Below, one piece after another: positions 1-8,692 of a DNA stretch of 64,000 nt. The stretch is from an uncultured Eubacteriales bacterium (lineage in GTDB: Bacteria > Bacillota > Clostridia > Oscillospirales > CAG-272): the NCBI GenBank assembly GCA_948467545.1, contig CAOKER010000006.1:66772-130771 (forward strand), given 5' to 3'. The notes beneath the pieces were generated by a model that saw nothing but the letters and a program-made list of their open reading frames with translations, did not search any database and had not been told where the DNA came from. Position numbers and translations under genes: made by a program. Each line of letters begins with the position of its first letter. Positions within the stretch are counted from its first letter, which is position 1.

Positions 1-1
1 T

Positions 2-478
2 TTGGAGAACAGCTTTCCTCCCGACGAATACCGAACATATGAAGAGCATAAGGCTCTGCTCGATAATGAGCCGTATACAATTTACGCGCTTTATGACGAA
101 GAAACAATCAAAGCCTTTATCTCGGTCTGGGAATTTGAAAATTTTGCATACGTGGAACATTTCGCCGTCAGTCCCGAATACCGAAACGGCGGTCTCGGAG
201 CGGCAATGCTGAATGAACTGATACAGAAATCAGGAAAAAAAATCTGCCTTGAGGTTGAACCGCCGAATAATGAAACCGCCCGCCGAAGAATCGGTTTTTA
301 TCGGCGGAACGGTTTTTTCCTTAACGAATATCCGTACATTCAGCCTCCGATGTCCAAAGGTAAAAAAGCGATTCCGCTCCTTATTATGACATCCGGAGGC
401 AAAGTTGACCGCGACACTTTCGACATGATAAAAGACACGCTTTATGAAAAAGTGTACGGATTCTACGGTAACACCTGA
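2..478 (+). CDS. GNAT family N-acetyltransferase (true start may lie upstream of the window)
   Basis: ORF track. Motif-A-like block HFAVSPEYRNGGLGAAMLNELI and RRRIGFYRRNGF near the C-terminus. The ORF opens at the window edge with a non-ATG codon. Confidence 0.8.
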   Translation: MENSFPPDEYRTYEEHKALLDNEPYTIYALYDEETIKAFISVWEFENFAYVEHFAVSPEYRNGGLGAAMLNELIQKSGKKICLEVEPPNNETARRRIGFYRRNGFFLNEYPYIQPPMSKGKKAIPLLIMTSGGKVDRDTFDMIKDTLYEKVYGFYGNT

Positions 479-489
479 CGGAGGAACAA

Positions 490-1131
490 ATGGCGTTTGA
501 TTATAAAAAGGAATACAGGGAATTTTACATGCCGCCGAAAAAGCCCGTCATCGTTGATATTCCGCCGATGAATTACATTGCGGTCCGAGGAAAAGGTAAT
601 CCGAACGATGAAAACGGAGAATATAAGACCTCCGTTTCTTTGCTTTATACTATTGCTTTTACTATTAAAATGAGTAAAATGGGCAGCCGTAAAATCGACG
701 GCTACTTCGATTATGTGGTACCGCCGCTCGAAGGCTTTTGGCGTCAGGACGATTCTTGGAGTATCGACTATACCCGAAAGGAGAATTTCAGCTTTGTTTC
801 TTTGATCCGTCTGCCGGACTTTGTTGCCGAATCGGATTTTGACTGGGCAGTCTCGGAAGCCTCATTTAAAAAGAAAACCGACTTTTCAAAGGTAGAGTTT
901 CTCAGCTATAACGAGGGAAAATGCGTGCAATGCATGCACATCGGCTCATACGATAACGAGCCTGCAACTGTTGAGGCAATGCATGAATACGCCGCTCAAC
1001 ACGGATTTCAAATCGATATAACCGATACCCGTCACCATCACGAGATATATCTCTCAGATCCGAGAAAATGCAGCGCGGACAAGCTTAAAACGGTTATAAG
1101 ACACCCGATTAAGGCTGTCGGCGGAGATTAA
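490..1131 (+). CDS. GyrI-like (effector-binding) domain protein
   Basis: N-terminus MAFDYKKEYREFYMPPKKPVIVDIPPMNYIAVRGKGNP and the YVVPPLEGFW block match my recollection of GyrI-like domain proteins. GGAGGA lies 4 nt upstream of the ATG. Confidence 0.7.
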   Translation: MAFDYKKEYREFYMPPKKPVIVDIPPMNYIAVRGKGNPNDENGEYKTSVSLLYTIAFTIKMSKMGSRKIDGYFDYVVPPLEGFWRQDDSWSIDYTRKENFSFVSLIRLPDFVAESDFDWAVSEASFKKKTDFSKVEFLSYNEGKCVQCMHIGSYDNEPATVEAMHEYAAQHGFQIDITDTRHHHEIYLSDPRKCSADKLKTVIRHPIKAVGGD

Positions 1132-1358
1132 CATTCTTCTTTTGAAAATTATCTTATAATCAAAAGATAATTTAAAGCAAAAAGCTCACGACTTATAAAT
1201 CCGCGGCTTCCGACAGCTTTTTTAACTCCGTGACAGTCCGCCGCGGCAGCCTACGGCAGCGCTCTGCGCCTTATTGAACGAATTCCGCAGAAGAGACTTT
1301 TGAATATACAACATAAGACAGGTATAACATGGCTACAAGCAAAGAAAAAACATTAACA

Positions 1359-1401
1359 GACAAAACAATGACGCCCGTCCAACGGGCGTCATTGTTTTGT
1401 C
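1359..1401. other. orphan perfect hairpin (20-bp stem, 3-nt loop)
   Basis: gacaaaacaatgacgcccgt / cca / acgggcgtcattgttttgtc. No gene end is adjacent. A T-rich tail exists only on the minus strand. Confidence 0.4.
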
Positions 1402-1638
1402 CGGCATAGCGTCCATTCGCATCATTACGCTTTAAACGCCGGAGCTTTAAATGCCGTACAATACATCAATCTATAATCGGTATAATTATCAGTATATCAA
1501 AACGGTACCTTCAGAGCCTGAATTACAAAATAATAAAAATACCTTTATTCAGCAATAAAAATAATTTTATATGAATAAATTAAAAACAAACAGGCAATGA
1601 AATATTTTTCTCAAAAAATAATTTCATTGCCTTTATTA

Positions 1639-1667
1639 TTGTATTTCCATTCCCGATGTGATATAAT
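1639..1667 (+). promoter_or_regulatory. sigma-A-type promoter (TTGTAT-17 nt-TATAAT, TGa extended -10)
   Basis: -35 at 1639..1644 and -10 at 1662..1667 with a 17-nt spacer. Predicted start ~1674, about 460 nt upstream of the GGDEF gene. Confidence 0.45.
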
Positions 1668-1670
1668 ATT

Positions 1671-1780
1671 CTAAAGCTTAAAGCTTCCTAAAGTTTAAAG
1701 CTTTTGAATGCAAGTTTCACCTCGACGTCAATGACGGCGATTTTGCCAAGCAAAACAGCAAAACTATGCAAGCTGAACTA
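1671..1780 (+). repeat. dispersed intergenic element, family 1, copy 1
   Basis: ctaaagcttaaagcttcctaaagtttaaagcttttgaATGCAAGTTTCacctcgacgtcaatGACGGCGATTTTGCc. It shares exact strings with the copies at 35146..35248(-) and 32161..32255(+). Confidence 0.6.
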
Positions 1781-2131
1781 ATTTACATTGCTACAGATGT
1801 TAAGCTGTGACTTTGCGGTACGCGCATCCAGCTCGCTGCAAGATGCAAGATTAAGTACTATTTGTCAGCCTCACCAAGCTGAAAATAGTTTTATCCATAT
1901 TTTATCAACATTATTTTATCAACATTTCATCCATATATTTCGTTATTCTTTTTGCATCATAATATAATTTATACAGCTACTCCTTTACCGTTATTCAATA
2001 AAGCGCCTTAGCCGCAGATTATACCGCCGCCGCAAAAAGCCGGGGCAGCACGCCGCCGTGGAGAGGTCATCATGTTTTTAGGTATAACGGGATAAAACTA
2101 TACAATTCACTTATAACGGGAGGTGAACACT

Positions 2132-3448
2132 ATGCGGTCATATAACTTAATAAAAAAACTTATGCTTGCAATTGCCATGATCACCGCGGTTATACTGATT
2201 GTTACCGGCAGGGTGCCGGAGCTTCCCACCTCAAAGCCTGAGTCCTCGTACAGCGTCTCGCCCAGCATCAGCGCGTATTTAATTGAAAATATATTTGCCA
2301 TCGGAGCGTTTACGGTTTCTCTGATAATCGGAATTGCCATATCCGTCTACGGAATTTCAATGCACCGTCATACAAGCGGTTCAAAGGATATTGATAAAAT
2401 TTGTCTCAGCCTCGGCATTTTCACTTTTCTGTCCGGCGTCTGGATTTTGACCGATTCGCGTACGCTTGAAATTTTCACCTACGGCAAAAACCGGATATTC
2501 ACGCGAGACGCCGTTATTTTCATTTCCTATATTTCAATTATGCTGATGCCGATAGTGTTTCTTGCATTTCTCAGGCATATGAATGTAAATAATAAAGTAA
2601 TACTCGCTACCGACGGACTGTTTCATCTGGTTTTCTTTTCCTTTATCACATTTTGCACTTTCCATCTGTCAAAAAATTTTTATTTCGGCTTTCTGCTTAT
2701 TTTTCATTTGCTTTTATGTGTGCTGATAGTTTCGGGTATAGTCTTCTACTTTCGGAATATACGTTACGGCAGCGACAGGAAGCTGAAAAGCATATTTCAC
2801 AGCATTATACTGTTTATGGTTTTCTCGTCGGCTGCGCTGATCACCTTTTTTTCCGAATCAAAAACTCTGTACTCTTTGATTTACGGGGCCGGCTTTTTTG
2901 TTCTGAACATAAATTTGCTGAAAATATCTCTCAGGGAAACACTGCTGATGTACAAAAAACTGTCAAAAGCAGAATTTTATAAGCTTATGGCGTACACGGA
3001 TTCTCTTACCGGCATTGAAAACCGAAACGCCTTTATAAAGGCACAGAATGAAATTAAAATCGACGGGAATACAAGCTTTATAATCATTGATATCAACGAG
3101 CTGAAAAAAGTCAACGATACTCTGGGACATCATTACGGAGACAGTCTTATTCATCGCGCCGCCGTAAATCTAAAGGAAGCTTTTTCTCCGATCGGTTCCT
3201 GCTACCGCATCGGAGGAGACGAATTTGCGGTAATATGCCGAAACATAAGCGAAACCGTGCTTAAGAAAGCTTTGAAAAATATGCTTGATAAAATTGAATC
3301 GGAAAATGCAAATATTCATCCTCCGCTCAGTCTTGCTTACGGCTATGCTTTCGGCGGAGACGGTATAAATGACGCCTCCGCCCTGTTTACCGCTGCCGAC
3401 AGCGCAATGTATCTCAATAAAAAAGAGCGTCTTTCAGCGATTAATTAA
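2132..3448 (+). CDS. membrane-bound diguanylate cyclase (multi-TM N-terminus + GGDEF domain)
   Basis: C-terminal LTGIENRNAF...DINELKKVNDTLGHHYGD...YRIGGDEFAV with an intact GGDEF. The N-terminal half is multi-pass hydrophobic. I prefer ATG 2132 to the track start 2123 because GGGAGGTG sits 6 nt upstream. Confidence 0.85.
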   Translation: MRSYNLIKKLMLAIAMITAVILIVTGRVPELPTSKPESSYSVSPSISAYLIENIFAIGAFTVSLIIGIAISVYGISMHRHTSGSKDIDKICLSLGIFTFLSGVWILTDSRTLEIFTYGKNRIFTRDAVIFISYISIMLMPIVFLAFLRHMNVNNKVILATDGLFHLVFFSFITFCTFHLSKNFYFGFLLIFHLLLCVLIVSGIVFYFRNIRYGSDRKLKSIFHSIILFMVFSSAALITFFSESKTLYSLIYGAGFFVLNINLLKISLRETLLMYKKLSKAEFYKLMAYTDSLTGIENRNAFIKAQNEIKIDGNTSFIIIDINELKKVNDTLGHHYGDSLIHRAAVNLKEAFSPIGSCYRIGGDEFAVICRNISETVLKKALKNMLDKIESENANIHPPLSLAYGYAFGGDGINDASALFTAADSAMYLNKKERLSAIN

Positions 3449-3700
3449 CGCGGTTAATTAAAATGCCGCGACGTTTGGCTGCGGGACATCGGACCTTTTG
3501 CAACAGCAGTAAATTTACTGCTGAATCCATACCGCAGAATCCCCGCCGCAGAATTCGTCACAGCTCACAGCGGCGCCCTATGACGGCGATTTGCGCCTTA
3601 TTATTGAATAACAAATCCTGTCCCATTTTCGGAGAATGCGGCTGTAATCGACAGTCCGCGTTCCATGGGGACAGGATTTGTTGTTTTATACGTTGCTTTA

Positions 3701-3798
3701 TGTGTTTGTTTTTTGTGTCGTTTTTTGTGTCGTTTTTTGTGTTGTTTTTTGTGTTGTTTTTTTGTGTTGTTTTTTTGCGTCGCTTTATGTGTTTTGTT
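3701..3798. repeat. T/G-rich (A/C-rich on minus) tandem repeat, 11-12-nt unit
   Basis: gttttttgtgtcgttttttgtgtcgttttttgtgttgttttttgtgttgtttttttgtgttg... It begins directly after the stop codon (3799..3801) of the minus-strand operon. Confidence 0.8.
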
Positions 3799-5358
3799 TT
3801 ATGAAAATCTGTACAGCTCCGCAAGCATATCAGAATCTGTCCGCTGACCCGAAATCAGCTTTACCGCCGGCTTTTCGGTCATCGGATCTATAAGTCCGAC
3901 AGAGAGCCTTTTATTTTCGTAGGATATATCTCCCGGCAGTTCCGTAACCGATGTTACCGTTTCACCCGGCATCAGCTTGGTTAAGTCTATATCCACTTCG
4001 GTGATCATTTCCTGTCCTCCCGCGTCGTCCGTAAGATACAGACAGACCGGAGTTTCAAAATAAATCGGTGCGCATCCGCCGTTCCGCCACTCAAGCTCTA
4101 TTCTGTACGCGCCGCTCTGGCCGCCGCCGGCCGTGCCTTCCGACTCCGAAATCCGCATCCGTGTAATACCGATGCAATATCCCATAGATTTAAGCAGCTC
4201 CGGAACGGCGTCGGAATACGGCTCACCGTTATACTTATCGCTGCTGCTTACCGGACATTTCGGACCTATAAACGTCGCGTGCGACCGCCTGAGAAGCTCT
4301 GCGGTCTGTGAAAGCCCCTCACCGCACAGATATTCCATTGTAAGCGAGCTTGTAAGCTCCCCTCCCGACGGAGCGGTTTTCCAAAACTCAGGCATCGGCG
4401 AAAGCGCATCCGCCTCGCCTGTCTGAGTATACTCTCCGCCGTTTTCTATCCAGTCGAGCCACTCGTCCGTCGCTTCGGGATCTCCCGCCATATCGTTAAA
4501 CAGTCCGAGCCCGTACTCTTCGGCTGACGAAAACGGTCTGCGCATCATCAGCTTTGCTCCGCGGAACGCTGAGACATAGTGCTTCACATACTCATCGCGC
4601 ACGGATTTATCGGGCATACCCACAATGCCGTCCTCGCGCTTTACATGCCACTCGCCCCAATGACCGAGACTGCCAAGCTCAACGTAAGAAACGAAACCAT
4701 CCGAAAAATAATCGCCGAGAGCTTTGACGGCAGCCTCGTGGTACTTTATAAAAACCTCGCTGCCGTAATTCGGAGAATACCCCTTTCCGTACGAAGTATC
4801 ATAAAAGGTTCCGTCCCCCGTGAGCTCATACAGCCAGTCCGGAATATCCGTATGCACAAGATTATCGTGCGGAATATCGCACACAAACCGCAGAACGGCG
4901 TGCTTGCCCTCCGACCGCCAGCGCTCGATATTATTCTCTTCGGCAATCGTTTCAAAATCAAATTTATCGGGGCTGTCAGGCTGAAGCTCGCGGAAGGTAA
5001 TGTCTATATAAACCAGCGAATACCCGGCCGCCGCGTCCCTGCTCTTCGCGTCAACGGCAAAGCCGATATAGGGATTTACAGCCGCCGCGTCCGTCATCTC
5101 ATAATCGGCCGAGGCAACTTCGCTCCACTCCGCTCCGCTCTTACCGACCGATTCCGTGCTTCCGCCGCGTCCGTCCGATTTTGTGCCGCCGCGTCTGTCC
5201 GAATTTTTTCCTACGCACGCAGACACCGTTAAAAGAACAGCGCAGAGAGACAAGCAGCAGATTTGTACAAAAATATCCTTTATCGCTTTACGGGAGGCCG
5301 TTTTTTCCGCGGCTTCTTCATTACTTTTAAGGAAAACCTGTCTGTGTCTGTCAGTCAT
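3799..5358 (-). CDS. secreted lipoprotein, DUF4832-like glycoside-hydrolase-fold protein
   Basis: Lipobox-like LLTVSAC. I associate the block YVELGSLGHWGEWH with DUF4832. There is an 8-nt overlap with the upstream DUF4956 gene. Confidence 0.55.
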   Translation of the reverse strand: MTDRHRQVFLKSNEEAAEKTASRKAIKDIFVQICCLSLCAVLLTVSACVGKNSDRRGGTKSDGRGGSTESVGKSGAEWSEVASADYEMTDAAAVNPYIGFAVDAKSRDAAAGYSLVYIDITFRELQPDSPDKFDFETIAEENNIERWRSEGKHAVLRFVCDIPHDNLVHTDIPDWLYELTGDGTFYDTSYGKGYSPNYGSEVFIKYHEAAVKALGDYFSDGFVSYVELGSLGHWGEWHVKREDGIVGMPDKSVRDEYVKHYVSAFRGAKLMMRRPFSSAEEYGLGLFNDMAGDPEATDEWLDWIENGGEYTQTGEADALSPMPEFWKTAPSGGELTSSLTMEYLCGEGLSQTAELLRRSHATFIGPKCPVSSSDKYNGEPYSDAVPELLKSMGYCIGITRMRISESEGTAGGGQSGAYRIELEWRNGGCAPIYFETPVCLYLTDDAGGQEMITEVDIDLTKLMPGETVTSVTELPGDISYENKRLSVGLIDPMTEKPAVKLISGQRTDSDMLAELYRFS

Positions 5359-6028
5359 GATATTCTCCGTTATACTGAATTGCGGTTACATCCTCCACAC
5401 CGTCGACAGCGCGCAGCTTCTCGACAAATGCCATATTTGAATTGGGAACATAAACCTCCAATGCGATTTCGGTATTTCTGCCGCGCGACGCAGTGGACTT
5501 TACACGGTATTTTATATTTCCCATTGCGCGGCGCAGCATGTCGCTTGTACCGCTTCCGGCGATACGGACAACTACAATATACATATGTCCGCCCCTCGGT
5601 CCGCGGCTGAAAACAATCAGGACAAGTGTCATAATTACGCCTGCAATTACGGCAAGCACATACATCTGCGCTCCGCAGGCTATTCCCGTAGTTATCGCCC
5701 AGAACAGATACAGCAGGTCAAGAGGCTCTTTGACGGCTGTACGGTACCTGACGATACTGAGTGCGCCGACCATACCGAGAGATATTACGACATTCGTGCT
5801 TATCGCAAGCGTTACCATAGCGGTCATCACCGACATTCCCACCAATGTTATGGCAAAGGAACGATTGTATACGACGCCGCGGTAAAATTTGTTGTAGATC
5901 AGGCATATGAGCAGGCCGAAAATAAATGCGACTGCCAACGCTATGATCATCGTCGGAATACCGGTAGTGGAATATGTACTTCCGAAAGATTCGAGAAAAG
6001 AGTTCTTGATAACATCTTTTATACTCAT
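5351..6028 (-). CDS. DUF4956 domain membrane protein
   Basis: Hydrophobic helices plus GALSIVRYRTAVKEPLDLLYLFWAITTG, as recalled for DUF4956. It sits next to VTC and CotH genes, as usual for this family. Confidence 0.7.
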   Translation of the reverse strand: MSIKDVIKNSFLESFGSTYSTTGIPTMIIALAVAFIFGLLICLIYNKFYRGVVYNRSFAITLVGMSVMTAMVTLAISTNVVISLGMVGALSIVRYRTAVKEPLDLLYLFWAITTGIACGAQMYVLAVIAGVIMTLVLIVFSRGPRGGHMYIVVVRIAGSGTSDMLRRAMGNIKYRVKSTASRGRNTEIALEVYVPNSNMAFVEKLRAVDGVEDVTAIQYNGEYHD

Positions 6029-6188
6029 AATAATACCTATGCCTTTCTAAGGTAAACAGTTTATCCGCAAAAAAATTTATCCGCGTTTTTCCGCGCCGCA
6101 GCGGATTCTGCACGCCGTGCGTCGACAAAACGCCGAAGCCGTTCTCGGCCGCGGTTTCATACGGCAGGACAGCGGCAGAACGTCGCTT

Positions 6189-6890
6189 CTAATTCACCTC
6201 CGCGGAAATCATGTGACTTACGGCGTCGCGGCAGAGCACGTACTTTGAAACCGCGCTCTGCTCCATCGCTCTTGCAGGCAATATCCGCCGTACAATTTCA
6301 GGAAGAAACTCGGTGAATTTTACCTCCATAATTAATTTCCCCGGATCGAGCACATATCCGAAAATCATGTCCTCATCGGTTATTCTGCCGCACGGATATG
6401 CTCCGCGCACGTCACTGTCAAAGGTAATGCGCACATCTCCCGCCTCCATTATATACGGCTCGCGTTCATAATCTACGCAAACCTTCGGCCGCATGACATT
6501 CGACACACATTCATAATAAAACTGTCTGCAAAGCTCATGATCGCCGGTAAGCAAAAATCCGTAGTCTCCTTCAACGATTTTGTCGGTCTCCGCTCTTGTA
6601 AGCGGCGCGCTTATCTTCGAGATGTATGCTCCGCTTTTAATTTTACATTCAAGGCGTATAAAGCCGTCATCCAAATTATAGAGCCTTATTCTGTACTTTT
6701 TTCTTCCGTCCGCACCGTCGAGCTTGTCATTGTAGGCCGTATTAAAATAATCGTCAAAATACAGGCTCCGTATATGATACCTTCCGCCGATTGCATGCGA
6801 ATCTTCTCTGAGCACCGTTTTCAGACGCTGCTTTATAAGCTCCGCATCCCCGTAATTTATCAGATATTTAAGCTCATGACGAAACCTCAT
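6189..6890 (-). CDS. VTC (polyphosphate-polymerase-like) domain protein
   Basis: MRFRHELKYLI..., YHIRSLYFDD, RKKYRIRLYN. I prefer ATG 6890 (GGAG 9 nt upstream) to the track start 6944. Confidence 0.7.
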   Translation of the reverse strand: MRFRHELKYLINYGDAELIKQRLKTVLREDSHAIGGRYHIRSLYFDDYFNTAYNDKLDGADGRKKYRIRLYNLDDGFIRLECKIKSGAYISKISAPLTRAETDKIVEGDYGFLLTGDHELCRQFYYECVSNVMRPKVCVDYEREPYIMEAGDVRITFDSDVRGAYPCGRITDEDMIFGYVLDPGKLIMEVKFTEFLPEIVRRILPARAMEQSAVSKYVLCRDAVSHMISAEVN

Positions 6891-6940
6891 ATTTACAATC
6901 TCCCCTCCGCCGATTCGGCCAAAGTCAGAGCACATCACCG

Positions 6941-8692
6941 TCAAATTCCGAACTGTATCGTACCGTCCTCAAGGACGTTAAACCCGATTATGCCGTATCT
7001 CTTCACATCATCTATGCCCTGATATATTTCCATCGCAGTCTGTGTCATTCCGCTTTCATTCTGCGAAGTCAGTCTTATGAAATACTGTCCCGGCGCAAGC
7101 TTTTCGGTAAACGCCTGCGAAACGGTCAGATTCTCCTGTACGCTTATCACGGAACCGAAAAGATAATCGGACGCAAGTTCAAATTTATAAGTGACGCTTT
7201 CACCGTCAAAATCAAACGACGGATCCCATGCAAACATTGTTTTGTCTCCCGTGAAAATCGGTTCTGCGACGTAAAAGGGCATCGGACTGTCAAGACTGAT
7301 TTTATACATCTCATAGTTGTGCTCTATCTCATTCGGCATCATCTGAACAATCTTTCTGAAATCATCGACCGTATTCGGAGCATAGACGGCATCCGGCGCG
7401 GACGAGAGAAAAGGTTCGACAACCGCCGCATATTTTTCCGCCATTTCGGTAAGCCGTTCCTTCGTCAGAAGCTGACGAAGCTCATTTACCTTATCGTCCA
7501 ATTTTTTACGGCACTGCTCCGATTTCAGCACGCGCCGGTGAAGCGTAGAGCCCCAGTAATTTGATACGCCCTTCGTATAACGGTACCCGTCCGTATCGCC
7601 TCCGTACGCTATATCCTCCTCATAATTCCACGCGTCGTCGTTGTCCCACGATATAAAATACCACTTATTGCCGTTCTGCGGACTGTACAGGTAAAAGTTC
7701 TGACTCGTGGTATCCCCGTTTCCGGTCAGCATCTGGAAAGCAAGCCATGTAAAATAATTTTCCTCGTCAAAGTATTTGTCCAAAATTTCCTCGATCGGAA
7801 TTCCTAAATTATTCAGATCGGCAAGCATTGCAATCAGCTTTGAATGATCCTCGTTACCCTTGATCTCGAGAATACTCTCGAACGCGGCTCTGTCAAACGA
7901 CGGATCATCCGAAAGCTTTATCGCGTCATAATTCAGAAACTCAAACATCGTCGCCTTATACAGCTGTCCGAACTCGTCAAGTCCGTGATTGCGCAGATAA
8001 GTCTTGTTTATCTGCTCCACCTGAGTATACAGACCGTAATCCTCAAACCGAGCATTCTTATCTCCCTCGGTCAGATCCTTTACGTAAAGATGTACAAACT
8101 GCGTCCGAGCACTGAAGGCTCCCGGAATCGTCTTAAGCAGATCATAGCTCATCTTATTTCGGAAGCGTACAGAATCGTACACATGCTTGTTGAGCGCAAT
8201 TGTCCGCTGACCGCGCCAATATCCCTCATTTTTATTCACCTCGATTTTATACGACTTCTGAGGCGACCGCGTGCTTGTGGCGCCGCGAATCTGTACGGTG
8301 CAGTTCGGCGCAAACTCGCCGTATCCGAGCAAGCCCTGCACCGGACCGTTCTCATCGCCGACCTGAAGAATTCCCTCCACCTTATATCGGTCGATTCCCT
8401 TCTCCTCATAATAATAAACGGAATACGCGTTCAGATCTGTCCAGGTATGGTTGGTATTGTCCGCTTCGTTTCCCCGGCTGACCGTCAGATACATTGTCAC
8501 AATCGAGCAGTCATCGTCATCCTTATATACACTGGACGAATCGCCGAGCTTTACATCATCGACCGACACCGGAGCTTCGGTCTCCGACGCCTCCCCGATC
8601 TCTCCGCTCGACGAGCAGCCGCACACAGTCAAAGCCGCCGCAAATATCAGAGAAATTATCGAAACGACCTTATTTTTTCTCATCATCCGCAA
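6941..8692 (-). CDS. cotH: CotH kinase family lipoprotein
   Basis: Signal/lipobox LTVCGCSSS. The block RGATSTRSPQKSYKIE...ALNKHVYDSVRFRNKMSYDLL is typical of the CotH family. The start overlaps the pelG stop by 23 nt. Confidence 0.8.
   Translation of the reverse strand: MRMMRKNKVVSIISLIFAAALTVCGCSSSGEIGEASETEAPVSVDDVKLGDSSSVYKDDDDCSIVTMYLTVSRGNEADNTNHTWTDLNAYSVYYYEEKGIDRYKVEGILQVGDENGPVQGLLGYGEFAPNCTVQIRGATSTRSPQKSYKIEVNKNEGYWRGQRTIALNKHVYDSVRFRNKMSYDLLKTIPGAFSARTQFVHLYVKDLTEGDKNARFEDYGLYTQVEQINKTYLRNHGLDEFGQLYKATMFEFLNYDAIKLSDDPSFDRAAFESILEIKGNEDHSKLIAMLADLNNLGIPIEEILDKYFDEENYFTWLAFQMLTGNGDTTSQNFYLYSPQNGNKWYFISWDNDDAWNYEEDIAYGGDTDGYRYTKGVSNYWGSTLHRRVLKSEQCRKKLDDKVNELRQLLTKERLTEMAEKYAAVVEPFLSSAPDAVYAPNTVDDFRKIVQMMPNEIEHNYEMYKISLDSPMPFYVAEPIFTGDKTMFAWDPSFDFDGESVTYKFELASDYLFGSVISVQENLTVSQAFTEKLAPGQYFIRLTSQNESGMTQTAMEIYQGIDDVKRYGIIGFNVLEDGTIQFGI

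Noticed and set aside
1592-1632. The hairpin aggcaatgaaat...atttcattgcct, and the AT-rich hairpin at ~1144..1175, as terminators of the GyrI-like gene.
   Set aside because: They are far from the stop codon (the first is ~460 nt away) or lack a T-run. I kept them only as possible structure and did not call them as features.
3463-3893. Overlapping ORFs 3463..3804, 3558..3824, 3665..3847 and 3678..3893, with Cys/Phe/Val- or Lys/Asn/Thr-rich products.
   Set aside because: They are translations of the T/G-rich tandem repeat and flanking hairpin. They are low-complexity, mutually overlapping and lack SDs.
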